64,000 nucleotides of DNA, taken from Candidatus Hydrogenedentota bacterium. Its GTDB lineage: Bacteria; Hydrogenedentota; Hydrogenedentia; Hydrogenedentales; SLHB01. Made by a program: the position numbers and the translations under genes. Positions 26,205 through 39,530 of the stretch are shown here, in pieces. The stretch lies in assembly GCA_963674865.2 (NCBI GenBank), contig CAXXYE010000007.1:64001-128000 (forward strand), in the 5' to 3' direction. The notes beneath the pieces were generated by a model. That model saw nothing but the letters and a program-made list of their open reading frames with translations. It was not told the origin of the DNA and ran no database searches. How positions within the stretch are numbered: position 1 is the first letter of the stretch; every line of letters starts with the position of its first letter.

Positions 26205-26588
26205 GTGAACAAGAGAATGACGGTATGGGCAAGAGCGACGGCGCTAGTGTTGCTTGCCGCTATCTTGATGCAAAGCGCGCCGCTATGGGCTCAAAGCTAT
26301 GACCCCGATGAAGAACTGCCCACACCGACGTTGCTCGAAAAGCGTCTCCACAAGATGGGGCGAGGTCTTGCCAACGTGATGTTCGGCTGGACCGAGCTTC
26401 CCCTGACGTTTGACCGGAAGATGAAGGATGGTAAGCCTTTGACCTACTTGCTCGCAACGGTACCCGTACTTGGGACGGCCCGGGCGGTCATGCGGACGGG
26501 TGTGGGCGTGTATGAGTTCACGACATTCTTCTATTCCAGCGAGCAGGTCAACTTCGAGGCCATCCTGGAACCTGAGTACCTTTTCTGA
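26205..26588 (+). CDS. Small exported protein, TIGR04073 (exosortase-system-associated)-like
   Basis: GAGGAGG RBS and GTG start; signal peptide; KMGRGLANVMFGWTELP...RTGVGVYEFTTF...LEPEY matches my recollection of this family. Confidence 0.75.
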   Translation: MNKRMTVWARATALVLLAAILMQSAPLWAQSYDPDEELPTPTLLEKRLHKMGRGLANVMFGWTELPLTFDRKMKDGKPLTYLLATVPVLGTARAVMRTGVGVYEFTTFFYSSEQVNFEAILEPEYLF

Positions 26589-26867
26589 GCGCAATATGAA
26601 GTGGAAACGACAGGGGGAGGCGCTGCTGGCTCCGGTCAAGCTGACCGACGGCCGGGCAGGTAGTGTTGTGCTGGTCGGCGCGCGGGAGAATCCCAAAGGA
26701 GCAGCGCTGGTGTTTTCGGGCGGAACGGAGAGCGATGTCGAAACCGTGCCGCTCACGGAGAGTCTTCATCTGCTAAGTCCTGTGCAGATAATTGAGATAC
26801 TTTGTATGCAAGAGAGAGTTTACGGTACTAGTGGGCTCACGCCGCCGGCCCAATTCGCCGAATAGCC

Positions 26868-27722
26868 GTGAGTGAACTATACGATATAGATTCGCTGTTG
26901 AGCGAAGTTGTCACTTTGCCGAGCCTGCCGGATACGGTGGCTCGAATTACGCAGCTTGTCAACCGCCCTGATTGTCCGCTGGACCTGATCGGGAAAACGA
27001 TCAGTGCCGATCCTTCCCTCGCTCTGAAGACGCTTCGTCTCGTCAATTCCGCGTACTATGGCCTGCGGAACAAGATCACCTCTGTTGAGCATGCCGTCGT
27101 CATGCTGGGACTCCGCGTCGTGAAGAACTTGGTTTTCACGGCCGCGCTGTTCGACCGCCTTAAGGCGGGTGCGCATGAATACCTGCTGCACTGCGTGAGT
27201 ACCGGCGTTGCCATACGCGTCCTGGCCGAGGCCAATCCGGGCAACCTGCCGGAAGAAGCCGTCGATGAGGTCTTTGTATTCGGCCTATTGCACGATATCG
27301 GGAAGCTGGTCCTGCAGGAGTATATGGCGGAGCAGTATCTCGAAGTCGTTAGTATGGTCGAAGAGCGCGAAATTCCTTTCTACGAAGCGGAGCGGGCAGT
27401 CATCGGCGTCGACCACGCGGAGGTGGGCGCCCGGGTCGCCGAAAACTGGAAGATGTCGCCCGCGCTGGTGAGCGCCATTGCGGGACACCACGACCTCGCT
27501 CAGTGCCGTGACACGCAGTTCCAGTCGTTGGCTGCCATGCTTGGTATTGCCGACGGCATCGCCAAGGCGGCGGGTGCGTGCTCCAATCCAGCCGATACGC
27601 TCGATATCGATGACGGGTTCTGGGCGGCTGGCGGGATCGAGAACGAGCAACTTCCGGATTTGGTGTACGGCTTCTTTGACGCCGCACCGCAAGTTGAAGA
27701 ACTCGTCAATCTCGCGTCTTAG
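26868..27722 (+). CDS. Stand-alone HDOD domain protein
   Basis: LPSLPDT, DPSLALKTLRLVNSAYYG, ITSVEHAVVMLG, GLLHDIGK, GVDHAEVGARVAENWKM, IAGHH. Confidence 0.92.
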   Translation: MSELYDIDSLLSEVVTLPSLPDTVARITQLVNRPDCPLDLIGKTISADPSLALKTLRLVNSAYYGLRNKITSVEHAVVMLGLRVVKNLVFTAALFDRLKAGAHEYLLHCVSTGVAIRVLAEANPGNLPEEAVDEVFVFGLLHDIGKLVLQEYMAEQYLEVVSMVEEREIPFYEAERAVIGVDHAEVGARVAENWKMSPALVSAIAGHHDLAQCRDTQFQSLAAMLGIADGIAKAAGACSNPADTLDIDDGFWAAGGIENEQLPDLVYGFFDAAPQVEELVNLAS

Positions 27723-27929
27723 TCTGTCCTTTCGCGCCAGTGACTCCCAAGACCCCATCCCTTCAAAGCGGCTGCGCTCAAAGAAGGATACGGCTTTCCG
27801 CTTTCACGGGGGGCGTGCTAGAATGCCCCAAACCTACGATTTCCATCCGAAGCCTTTGGACGGCCTTGTTGTCGCGGAGCGGCGACTTCGGTGTGGTTGG
27901 AGCCCCGAGCCTTCTGCGCATGGTAAACA

Positions 27930-29003
27930 ATGCACCTTGTTGAATTTCAGTGCGACGGCTTCCGTTGTCTGCGAAACGTGCAGCTTGAGCCGTGTCCCGG
28001 CCTAAACGTCATTCGCGGCAACAATGCGCAAGGCAAGACTTCCCTACTTGAAGCGGTTCTCTTCCTGACGACTTCCAAGAGCCACCGGACGAATCATGAA
28101 CCGGAACTCGTGGCGCATGACGCCGCCGGCTTCCATCTGCAAGGCCAGGCTCGTAGGCATGACCGCGACGTGGAACTGGAGACGAACTGGTGGGAGGGGG
28201 CCAAACGCGTCCGGGTGAACGGAGTGCCCCAGACGCGCGTCAGCGATATTCTGGGCCGTGTGAACGTCGTTTTCTTCTGTCCGGACGACGTGACCCTTGT
28301 GCAAGGTACGGCGTCCCATCGCCGGCGATTTCTGGATATGGAGTTGTCTCAGTTGGATGGGAAGTATCTGACGGCGCTCCAGCAATACCGCCTTATCCTG
28401 CGGCAGCGCAATGAGTTGCTCCGGGGTGATCGGCCCGACCCGGCGCTTCTGGATGCGTGGGATGAGCAATTGGCCAAGCACGGCCTTCTGCTCATCGCGG
28501 AACGGCAGCGCTACATCGAAGAGCTTTCGGAGCGGGCCGCCGAGACGTACGGGCGGATCGCGCAAGATGAGCCTTTTCTTCTGCGCTACGATGCGGACGT
28601 GCCCCTGGGCGAATCCCTCCCTGACGTACTCACCCGCTCGAGGGACGCCGACTTGCGCCGCAATATGACGCTGCGCGGCCCCCACCGCGACGATGTGGCC
28701 ATCCTGGTCGGTGGGCGCTCGGGGCGCCATTTCGCGTCTCAGGGACAGCAGAAAACGGCCGCCCTCGCCCTCAAGCTCGCTGAGGTCCATCTCGCCAAGG
28801 ACCGCACGGGCGAGTATCCGGTTCTCATGCTGGACGAGGTGGGCTCTGATCTGGACGGCCTGCGGCGTGAGCGCCTTGGTGCGGCCATTCCCGAGGATGT
28901 GCAGTGTCTCCTTACGACGGCCGACGCACGCGACGAGTGGCATGCCTTCAGGAGCAGCCCAGCACACTTCGTGATCCGAAAGGGGCGCCTTGAAACGGAA
29001 TGA
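27930..29003 (+). CDS. recF: DNA replication/repair protein RecF
   Basis: GNNAQGKTSLLEA, RRRFLD, LRQRN, GPHRDD, SQGQQK, LMLDEV. Confidence 0.97.
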   Translation: MHLVEFQCDGFRCLRNVQLEPCPGLNVIRGNNAQGKTSLLEAVLFLTTSKSHRTNHEPELVAHDAAGFHLQGQARRHDRDVELETNWWEGAKRVRVNGVPQTRVSDILGRVNVVFFCPDDVTLVQGTASHRRRFLDMELSQLDGKYLTALQQYRLILRQRNELLRGDRPDPALLDAWDEQLAKHGLLLIAERQRYIEELSERAAETYGRIAQDEPFLLRYDADVPLGESLPDVLTRSRDADLRRNMTLRGPHRDDVAILVGGRSGRHFASQGQQKTAALALKLAEVHLAKDRTGEYPVLMLDEVGSDLDGLRRERLGAAIPEDVQCLLTTADARDEWHAFRSSPAHFVIRKGRLETE

Positions 29004-29322
29004 ACCCACGGGCATCGGGGATATCCTCGACGGCCTCAAGAAGACCACGGGCCTGGGGGCGCAATTGGAGCGCGCCGCCATCTGGGAACGGTGGCCGGAG
29101 GTCGTCGGTAAGCGCCTGTCAGGCCACGGTCGCCCCAGGACTGTCAAGGACAAGACCCTCGTCATTGAGGCCGACAGCCCCGTCTGGGTCCATCGCTACG
29201 CCTTCCGGAAGTGGCATATCATCGGCCAAATCAACCGGTTCGCCGGCCGTGAAATCATCTCGGATGCCTTCATCTGTCTTGCGGACGACGAGGACCCCTG
29301 TCCTACACAAGATGGCGTGTAG
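28990..29322 (+). CDS. DUF721/DciA-family protein
   Basis: Overlaps recF; IWERWPEVVG...LVIEADSPVW; canonical position between recF and gyrB. Confidence 0.8.
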   Translation: MKRNEPTGIGDILDGLKKTTGLGAQLERAAIWERWPEVVGKRLSGHGRPRTVKDKTLVIEADSPVWVHRYAFRKWHIIGQINRFAGREIISDAFICLADDEDPCPTQDGV

Positions 29323-29359
29323 GCGCAGCGCGAATTCCGCAAAATATTGCGCATTTCCG

Positions 29360-29388
29360 TTGTTTTTCCCCGCCCGTTTTGCTATAAT
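29360..29388 (+). promoter_or_regulatory. gyrB promoter
   Basis: TTGTTT, 17-bp spacer, TATAAT with an extended -10 TG (TGCTATAAT). Confidence 0.65.
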
Positions 29389-29390
29389 GA

Positions 29391-31907
<2,517 letters not shown>

Positions 31908-31954
31908 CGACGCACGCGAAGGCCCCAGCGCCCCCATAGACGCCACGGAGAGTC

Positions 31955-34456
31955 ATGTATACCCGAAACGAACAGATTGTGCCCATTGCCATCGAGCGGG
32001 AGTTCAAGACGTCCTGGATGGATTACGCCATGAGCGTGATCGTCAGCCGGGCCCTGCCGGACGTGCGCGACGGACTGAAACCGGTTCACCGCCGCATCAT
32101 CTACGCTATGCAGGAGCTCGGCCTCAGCCACACGCGTGGCTTCCGCAAGTCCGCCGCCATCGTCGGCGACACCATGGGGAAATACCATCCGCACGGCGAT
32201 TCCGCCATCTACGACACCCTCGTCCGCATGGCCCAAGAGTGGAACATGCGCTATACCCTTGTGAATGGGCAGGGCAACTTTGGCTCCATCGACGGCGACA
32301 GCCCCGCTGCCATGCGATACACCGAGGCCCGCATGGCGGGGATAACCGCCGAGATGCTGGCCGATATCGACAAAGCGACGGTTGACAAACAAGACAACTA
32401 CGACGGCCGCCTTCAAGAGCCCGTCGTGCTCCCGTCAGGTATCCCGAATCTTCTCGTCAACGGCTCCTACGGTATCGCCGTGGGCATGGCTACGAGTTGC
32501 CCGCCGCACAATCTCAATGAGATATGCGATGCCGTGGTCCATTTGATCGACCATCCCGACGCCACCGTTGGCGACCTCCTCACCCACGTCAAAGGTCCAG
32601 ATTTTCCCACCGGCGGCATTATCTACGGCACGGACGACCTGGCCACGGCCTATGAGACGGGCCGGGGGCGCCTGACCATTCGCGGGAAGGCGTCCATCGA
32701 GCACGAGAAGAAATCGGGCAAAGACAGCATCATTGTTGAGGAGATCCCCTACCAGGTCAACAAGTCCCGCCTGATCGAGAGCATTGCCGACCTCGTCCGA
32801 AGCAAGACCGTCGAGGGCATCACCGATTTACGCGATGAGTCCGACAAAGACGGCATGCGCATCGTCATCGAACTGCGGAAGGGCGAAGAGCCGCAGGTTG
32901 TGCTCAATCAGCTCTACAAACACACTCAGCTTCAGGACACCGCCAGCATCATCATGCTGGCCCTGGTGAACAACACGCCGCGCGTCCTTTCCCTGCGCGA
33001 CATGGTCTATTACTACGTCAAGCACCGGGCCGAGATCGTCGAGCGGCGCACCCGGTATGACCTCGAGCAGGCCGAAGCGCGCTCGCACATCGTGGAGGGC
33101 CTTCTGAAGGCCATCGATCATATCGATGAGGTTATCTCCACCATACGGGAATCGGCAGACGTTGATACGGCCCGCGCTGCCCTGATCAAGCGATTCGCGT
33201 TCACCGAGGTCCAGGCCAACGCGATCCTCGCCATGCGGCTCCGCCGCTTGACCGGCCTCGAACGCGAGGAACTTGAGCAGGAATACGCCGACCTCCGCAA
33301 ACAGATTGCCCGGTTCAAGCAGATCCTTTCGAGCGAACAGACCATTCTTGACGAAGTGCGCAAGGAAATCCTCCATATCAAGGAAAAATACGGCGACGCG
33401 CGCCGGACACATATCTTGTCGCAACGCTCTGAGTTCAGCGTCGAGGACTTGATCGCCGACGAGCCCATGGTGGTCACCGTCTCGAATCAAGGCTATATCA
33501 AGCGAGTGCCCGTCAGCACGTACCGCAAGCAGCGCCGGGGCGGCCGCGGCGTGGCCGGCATGGAGACAAAGGAAGAGGACTTCGTATCCGACCTCTTTAT
33601 CGCCTCCACGCACGACTACATGCTCTTCTTCACCAATCTGGGGCGGGTGTACTGGCGTAAGATCCACGAGTTGCCCAAGACCAGCCGGACCGCGCGCGGG
33701 CGGGCCATTGTCAACGTGCTCAACCTGAGCGGTGAGGAGCGCGTCACCGCCTGTCTGCCCGTGCGCGACCTCGCCGAAGAAGGCAAGATGATCTTTATGG
33801 TGACGCGCCAAGGAATCGTCAAGAAGACCGCCTTGAAGGCCTTCAGCAATCCGCGCGCGGCCGGGATCATCGCCCTCGATCTCGATCAAGGCGACGAGCT
33901 TATCGAAGTCCAGATCACTTCCGGTGAAGACAACATCCTTATCGCCACCAAGGACGGCATGTCCATTCGCTTCCCGGAGAAGGACGTCCGCGCCATGGGC
34001 CGCACGGCCCGCGGCGTCATTGGCATCCGGCTCGAAGAAGGCGACTACGTCATAGGCACCTCCATCGCCGGTGACGAGATGACGGTTCTGAGTGTTACCG
34101 AGAACGGCTTCGGGAAGCGCACCAAAGTGGGCGAGTACCGGCTACAGCACCGGGGCGGCCGCGGCATCATCAACATCAAGACCACCGAGCGCAACGGCTC
34201 CGTAGTCGGCATGCTCACCGTCGACGACCGCGACGAGATCGTCGTTATCAGCACCGACGGCATCGTTATCCGCACCGCCGTGAAAGACATCCGCACCATC
34301 GGCCGCAACACACAGGGCGTCAAGATCATGACTCCCACCGAGGGCGCTGAAGTCAGCGCCGTTGCCCGCGCCGTCCCCGAGGAGAAGCAGGACCAGGTCG
34401 CCGAGGATTCTGAAGACCTGCCGGACGCCCAGGCGCCTTCCGGCGAGGAAGAGTAG
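31955..34456 (+). CDS. gyrA: DNA gyrase subunit A
   Basis: [27 protein letters not shown], GyrA-box QRRGGRG, C-terminal pinwheel repeats and acidic tail. Confidence 0.98.
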   Translation: MYTRNEQIVPIAIEREFKTSWMDYAMSVIVSRALPDVRDGLKPVHRRIIYAMQELGLSHTRGFRKSAAIVGDTMGKYHPHGDSAIYDTLVRMAQEWNMRYTLVNGQGNFGSIDGDSPAAMRYTEARMAGITAEMLADIDKATVDKQDNYDGRLQEPVVLPSGIPNLLVNGSYGIAVGMATSCPPHNLNEICDAVVHLIDHPDATVGDLLTHVKGPDFPTGGIIYGTDDLATAYETGRGRLTIRGKASIEHEKKSGKDSIIVEEIPYQVNKSRLIESIADLVRSKTVEGITDLRDESDKDGMRIVIELRKGEEPQVVLNQLYKHTQLQDTASIIMLALVNNTPRVLSLRDMVYYYVKHRAEIVERRTRYDLEQAEARSHIVEGLLKAIDHIDEVISTIRESADVDTARAALIKRFAFTEVQANAILAMRLRRLTGLEREELEQEYADLRKQIARFKQILSSEQTILDEVRKEILHIKEKYGDARRTHILSQRSEFSVEDLIADEPMVVTVSNQGYIKRVPVSTYRKQRRGGRGVAGMETKEEDFVSDLFIASTHDYMLFFTNLGRVYWRKIHELPKTSRTARGRAIVNVLNLSGEERVTACLPVRDLAEEGKMIFMVTRQGIVKKTALKAFSNPRAAGIIALDLDQGDELIEVQITSGEDNILIATKDGMSIRFPEKDVRAMGRTARGVIGIRLEEGDYVIGTSIAGDEMTVLSVTENGFGKRTKVGEYRLQHRGGRGIINIKTTERNGSVVGMLTVDDRDEIVVISTDGIVIRTAVKDIRTIGRNTQGVKIMTPTEGAEVSAVARAVPEEKQDQVAEDSEDLPDAQAPSGEEE

Positions 34457-34725
34457 GCTGAGTCTCCTTCCGTCGGGAATTCCTGCGCTACTCCTGGATA
34501 TGTGAAGAAATGCCGGGGCAAGCAGGGGAGCAGGTTTCGAGCACTGCCCCCCGGTGCGAACACGTGTCCTTTTCCAAGGTGCTGCCGACTCCTCCACAAG
34601 CTTCCTTATCCTGCCTTGCCTTGCCCTCCGCTGCCTAAACGCGAGGATGCCTCATCACATTGAATGGACTTCACTGGAAATCGTCCATTTCATCGGCGAA
34701 ATTGGAACGTAAGGAGGTCGAAATC

Positions 34726-36927
34726 ATGAGGCGCAATAAACTGACCTTCACTTGGGCGTTAGTCATTGCTGTGGTAGGGTTTACAACCCATCCTGCCTTT
34801 GCGCAGGAAATGCTGCACGCCCGGATAAGCTTTGACGCCGGAGGCGGCATGGTCAGGGGAACTTCCGATGACGACTGGAGTTACGTGACCATGAACACCC
34901 TCGTCCTTCCCGGCGATACGCTCTGGGTCGATCAGGGCAGTCAGTTGGAACTCGAGATGTCCGGAGGGACCTTCCTGCGAATGGCCGACGGAGCCAAGGC
35001 GGAGGTCGCTTCCCTGCCGCCCAGCGCGCTTATCCGCGGGTGGACGGGGGCCTTCTACGTGCAGCGGCTGAGCCGCAGCACAGGCGACGTGGTGTTCGAC
35101 ACGCTGGCGTGTACGATGGAGATCCAGCAGGACACGCAGGTGCGCGTCGACGCGACGGAGCAAGGGGCTACGACCATCTCGGTGCGCTGGGGCCGCGTGA
35201 CGGTGCGGACGGACCACGGTGGCAGACTTCTCCTCACCACGGGCCAGCGCTGCTACGTTGATGCGGGCTATCTTCCCTCTGCGCCGAAGGCATTTGACCG
35301 AACCTTGGAAGACCCCTTTGACACATGGAATCGTGAGCGGGCTAGGCTGTTGGCTGTTGGTCACGACTCGGCGGACATTCCTGCTGAGTCACCGCCTATC
35401 GGCGTATCCGACCTGGCCACCTATGGCGATTGGGTGTACGTGGATAGCGTCCGCTACTGGCGGCCGACGTATGTTACCGAATTCGTTCCCTACCGGAATG
35501 GGCACTGGAGTTACATGGCCGGCGTCGGCTACGTCTGGGTCGGGGATTATCCCTTCTCGTACGTGACTGGCCACTACGGCCGTTGGCGCCACCATACTCA
35601 GTACGGCTGGATATGGACCTACCGCGACACTTGGGGGCCGGCGTGGGCCATGACGGTCCGGTACGGGCCGAATTTCGTCTGGTGTCCCCTCGATCCATGG
35701 GACAATCCCGTTGTTCTTGGAACCGCCTACTACACCGTCGACGGAATTCGCTGCTACGTCGGGGCAAGCACCTATTGCCCGGCCGACGCGCTCTTGCTGG
35801 GGCCGACCGCCGTCTACGCGTGCTCGCCCACTGTCGTAAGCTATGGCAATATCGACGGTATCACCGTCTGGAACATCTGGGCGTCCAACGTGCCGCGCGC
35901 ACGCTTGCCGCGCCCGTACCGTGAGAGAAATGCCCGTGATTACTCGCCGCGCCGTGTAATCCGAGGGCCCGACACGGTCCACCTATCCAGTCCTCGCGCC
36001 CATGATCGTGTGGCTGCCCTTGAGGCACGGGAAGGCACGCCCCGGAGCTTTGCCAACCGCGATACGGGCGCTCGCCAAGTGCGCACTTCCATGAGCAGCA
36101 CGGTGAGGAATGCCCGTGTCCGGGCCGTGACCTTGAACATTCCCGCCGCCACGACCGCGCATGCCGACGCCGCGGCAATGGCGAGCCGTCGAAGCACCTC
36201 GGCTTCAGCGTCCGCCCGCAGCCGTGCCGTCCGCAGTGGCTCAGACGCCCGTACGGTGACGGAGAGCGATCGCCGGGAAGTGCGCGCCCGTGCCGCGTCG
36301 CCGTCCGTGAGCGACGAGACCTCTTCGGAACGGACAGTCTCGCCGAGGACGTATCGGAGTGACGACACTCCATCCCGCACCCCTACGATTCCACCATCGC
36401 CTTCGCGGTCCCGGAGCGTTGCTCGTACGCCGGATAGGTCCTCAACAAGTTCGTCCAGGAGCACCACCACGAGCACCACCCCCCGGACGTATTCGGCCCC
36501 AACGCCGTCGCCGCGCAGCTCCACTACACGTACGCCGGCCAGGTCATCTTCTTCAACGCGTTCGACGCCGACGAGGACGCAGTCATCGAGTAGTTCACGC
36601 TCCAGCAGCAGCTCGCGTACTCGTAGCAGCACCTCGTCCTATGTTGCGCCTCAGTCATCGCGTTCATTCAGTGCATCGCCGAGCGTATCGGCAAGTAGCC
36701 GTTCCGTGGTCACCCGCTCTGCCAGCCCACCCGCGCCATCCAGGACCTCCGCTTCCAGCCGCTCCGTGACATCGATGTCGACGAGGTCCACAAACTCCTC
36801 GCCGAGGTCCACGAGCGCCTCGGCCCCATCGATATCCACACGTTCCGCGTCACCGTCGTACCGTTCGTCGACGAGTGTTACGCGTTCCTCTTCGGCCCGT
36901 TCATCGAGCAGCCGGATACAACGCTAA
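34726..36927 (+). CDS. Secreted FecR-like/DUF6600-like protein with a long Ser/Arg/Thr-rich tail
   Basis: AAGGAGG RBS; signal peptide ending PAFA; FecR-like beta domain; LATYGDW...WRP...PYRNGHW...VTGHYGRW...YGWIW aromatic region; low-complexity C-terminus. Confidence 0.8.
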   Translation: MRRNKLTFTWALVIAVVGFTTHPAFAQEMLHARISFDAGGGMVRGTSDDDWSYVTMNTLVLPGDTLWVDQGSQLELEMSGGTFLRMADGAKAEVASLPPSALIRGWTGAFYVQRLSRSTGDVVFDTLACTMEIQQDTQVRVDATEQGATTISVRWGRVTVRTDHGGRLLLTTGQRCYVDAGYLPSAPKAFDRTLEDPFDTWNRERARLLAVGHDSADIPAESPPIGVSDLATYGDWVYVDSVRYWRPTYVTEFVPYRNGHWSYMAGVGYVWVGDYPFSYVTGHYGRWRHHTQYGWIWTYRDTWGPAWAMTVRYGPNFVWCPLDPWDNPVVLGTAYYTVDGIRCYVGASTYCPADALLLGPTAVYACSPTVVSYGNIDGITVWNIWASNVPRARLPRPYRERNARDYSPRRVIRGPDTVHLSSPRAHDRVAALEAREGTPRSFANRDTGARQVRTSMSSTVRNARVRAVTLNIPAATTAHADAAAMASRRSTSASASARSRAVRSGSDARTVTESDRREVRARAASPSVSDETSSERTVSPRTYRSDDTPSRTPTIPPSPSRSRSVARTPDRSSTSSSRSTTTSTTPRTYSAPTPSPRSSTTRTPARSSSSTRSTPTRTQSSSSSRSSSSSRTRSSTSSYVAPQSSRSFSASPSVSASSRSVVTRSASPPAPSRTSASSRSVTSMSTRSTNSSPRSTSASAPSISTRSASPSYRSSTSVTRSSSARSSSSRIQR

Positions 36928-36945
36928 CCGTGAGGAGGGCGTATC

Positions 36946-37842
36946 ATGAACGCAAGGAAACGATTCGCGCAAGGCGGCAAGCTGCTGGGCATTGCGGTGG
37001 TAGCGCTCCTCGCCGTGGGCTGTCCCGAGGACTGGGACTGGAGCGTGTCCGACAGCGAATATGATCTCGGATTCGACGTCGGTTTTGCCGAGGACGACTG
37101 GTATTGGGACGGCTACGACGACAGCTACGACACGGTCGACTTTGGGCCCATCTACTACCAGGGCAGCACGATTCCCTACATTGACGCCGATACCTACGAC
37201 GCCGGCTATTGGGACGGCGTCTGGTGGGCCTACAATGACGGCTACTTCGTGTGCTATCGCTATGCCTTCATCATCGGCTTCAGCGAAGGTTACGATAACG
37301 CCTTCTGGCCCGACTACCTGGAGTTCCTGGACACGGACGAGCACACCGAGTACCTCGACGGCGGGTGGTCCGACGGATACGCGGACGGCTTTTCCGAGGG
37401 ACGCGTGTTCGGCGCCAACGATTACGAGATGGGCCTTTCCTTTGATTGGGAAGACGCGCTTTATGACTACGAGTCAGGTACGGACCTCTACTTCGAGGAG
37501 GTCGACGTCGGCACGGGCGAATACGGCCCCGTCTACCTCTACGAATACGGCACCGATCCCGCCGATTTGAAGGCCGCCCCGCGGCCGCGCCGCCCCTTGG
37601 ATAGGCGTCTCCCGGCCATTCGACAGCCTCTTGGCGCGAAGCAAGACGACGATCTGGGTAGTATGTACCGGCCCCTGCTGGCCCAGGCCGAGACGGAACT
37701 GAGCGTAACGCCCGCGCAGAGCGCACGTAACACCCGCGAACTCCGCCTCACAACTTCCTGGCTCGAGCGCGTCCAGGCCTACACCTCCAGCGCCAAATCG
37801 CTCAGGCAGGACGCTCCGCGCGCGAGGAGCGTCGCGGAATAG
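36946..37842 (+). CDS. Acidic Asp/Tyr/Gly-rich lipoprotein of unknown function
   Basis: GAGGAGG RBS; lipobox LAVG-C; repeated Y/F-x-x-G motifs. Confidence 0.8.
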   Translation: MNARKRFAQGGKLLGIAVVALLAVGCPEDWDWSVSDSEYDLGFDVGFAEDDWYWDGYDDSYDTVDFGPIYYQGSTIPYIDADTYDAGYWDGVWWAYNDGYFVCYRYAFIIGFSEGYDNAFWPDYLEFLDTDEHTEYLDGGWSDGYADGFSEGRVFGANDYEMGLSFDWEDALYDYESGTDLYFEEVDVGTGEYGPVYLYEYGTDPADLKAAPRPRRPLDRRLPAIRQPLGAKQDDDLGSMYRPLLAQAETELSVTPAQSARNTRELRLTTSWLERVQAYTSSAKSLRQDAPRARSVAE

Positions 37843-37867
37843 CCGCATCACCACCTCGACAGATACA

Positions 37868-37903
37868 CAGCCGGCAAGGCGCTTGAGGGCGCCTTGCCGG
37901 CTG
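37868..37903. terminator. Perfect 15-bp hairpin after the 34726-37842 operon
   Basis: CAGCCGGCAAGGCGC-ttgagg-GCGCCTTGCCGGCTG; no strong U-tract. Confidence 0.55.
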
Positions 37904-38094
37904 CGTGTTCGTAGGCGTCCTGTTCGTCGCCCAGCGCGAGGGGCCCCCTTCGTTTCCGAGGGCTTCTCCTGTAGCGCCGCTTCGGCCAGAAGGCCGCGCC
38001 GGTTCAAGGGAAGCAGATACCGATTCGGAAGTGAGTGCGAAAACGGCTACAATGCGTTGTCCTAGCTTTGGTAGTCGTCAAGAGGAGTCATGCT

Positions 38095-39363
38095 ATGCCA
38101 TCGCCTTCCCGCCGCACGTTTCTCAAGACTTCCGGAGTGCTCGCCGCGTCCTCACTTGTTGAAGGGCAAGAGGCGTCGGCGAACGATCGTATCCGAGTGG
38201 CCATCGTCGGTTGTCGCAACCGGGGCCACGAGATCGCCTCCGCCTTCCTGGCCACGGGGCAATTCGACATCGCCACCCTTTGCGATTGCGACACGGCCAT
38301 GTTCGACCGCGCCCTGTCTAAAATCAAAGGCGACTTGCCCAACGCCCCGGCCCAGGAGCAGGATTTCCGGCGGGTCCTCGACGATCCCGGCATAGATGCC
38401 ATCGTCAACGCCACGCCCGACCACTGGCACGCGCTAATGACTATTATGGCCTTGGATGCCGGCAAACACGTGTTTCTCGAGAAGCCGGCCTCCTATGACG
38501 TGGCCGACGGCAAGGCCATGATGGCCGCCCAGGCGAAACATCCCCGGTTGAGCGTCCTCGTCGGCACGCAGCAGCGAAGCGGCGCCCACTTCCGGGAGGC
38601 CAGGGAGTTCATCCAAGGCGGGGGGCTTGGCAAGGTGGCCTTCTGCCGCGCCTGGATCACGAGTGAGCGGAAGTTCCTGGCCGCCAAGCCTGACACGGCA
38701 CCGCCGGCCACGTTGGACTACGATATGTGGCTGGGGCCCGCGGCGGCGCGTCCGTACAACGAGACGCGCGTCCACTACAATTGGCGGTTTTTCAGAGACT
38801 ACGGCACTGGCGAGATGGGCAACTGGGGCGCCCACTGGCTCGATATCGTGCGCTGGTTCCTGGACCTCGGCTATCCGTCCAGCGTGGCCGGGCATGGCGG
38901 CGTGTTCGTCTGCAAAGACGCCAAAGAGTGGCCGGACACGCAAACCGTCGTTTACCAGTATCCTGAATTGACGGTGCTCTGGGAGCAGCGCATTTGGACG
39001 CGCTTCCCTCTCAACGGCGAGAAGTTTGGCGCGGAGTTCGACGGCGAAAAAGGAGCGCTCATTATCACGCGCGACGGGTGGACCTTCTATCCGAAGGAGG
39101 GGGAGCCCCAGCGCCATTCGGAGACGGAACTCGACAAGGCCCACGCCCGGCATTTTGCCGATTGCGTGCGCGGTGATGCCGAACCGGTAGCAAGCATGCA
39201 GGATGGGCACGTGAGTGCCGCCCTGTGCCATCTTGGCAACATCAGCGTTACGTTGAACCGCGAACTGCGTTTCGATGCCGCCACGGAGACGTTTCTGGAC
39301 GACAAGGAAGCCAACGCGCTCCTAACGCGTAAGTACCGGGAGCCCTGGTCGTTGCCTGCCTGA
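38095..39363 (+). CDS. Tat-exported Gfo/Idh/MocA oxidoreductase
   Basis: SRRTFLK; IRVAIVGCRNRG; ATPDHWH; FLEKP; GTQQRS; NWGAHWLD. Confidence 0.93.
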   Translation: MPSPSRRTFLKTSGVLAASSLVEGQEASANDRIRVAIVGCRNRGHEIASAFLATGQFDIATLCDCDTAMFDRALSKIKGDLPNAPAQEQDFRRVLDDPGIDAIVNATPDHWHALMTIMALDAGKHVFLEKPASYDVADGKAMMAAQAKHPRLSVLVGTQQRSGAHFREAREFIQGGGLGKVAFCRAWITSERKFLAAKPDTAPPATLDYDMWLGPAAARPYNETRVHYNWRFFRDYGTGEMGNWGAHWLDIVRWFLDLGYPSSVAGHGGVFVCKDAKEWPDTQTVVYQYPELTVLWEQRIWTRFPLNGEKFGAEFDGEKGALIITRDGWTFYPKEGEPQRHSETELDKAHARHFADCVRGDAEPVASMQDGHVSAALCHLGNISVTLNRELRFDAATETFLDDKEANALLTRKYREPWSLPA

Positions 39364-39530
39364 GGGGCGCAGCGTACAGCTCTCGTCGCCGGGCAGCGCT
39401 TGACTTCTTTTCCGTGGCTCTGCTCCAATGAGTGCGCCCGATCCTATGATGTCCCTGTCAGGGGACCCCGCTCTTATGGGCTGAGTGTCCAAGCGTGAGA
39501 CATACGTTCGGCTTTGCCCGGAGGCCCTGA

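Noticed and set aside
26596..26865. 89-aa ORF between the TIGR04073-like and HDOD genes, and a GCCGAATA sigma28-like -10 at its end
   Set aside because: No RBS or recognisable motif. The -10 candidate is too close to the HDOD start codon and lacks a clear -35.
32170..32220. Possible quinolone-resistance substitution in GyrA
   Set aside because: The QRDR reads [11 protein letters not shown], with the usual Ser and Asp.
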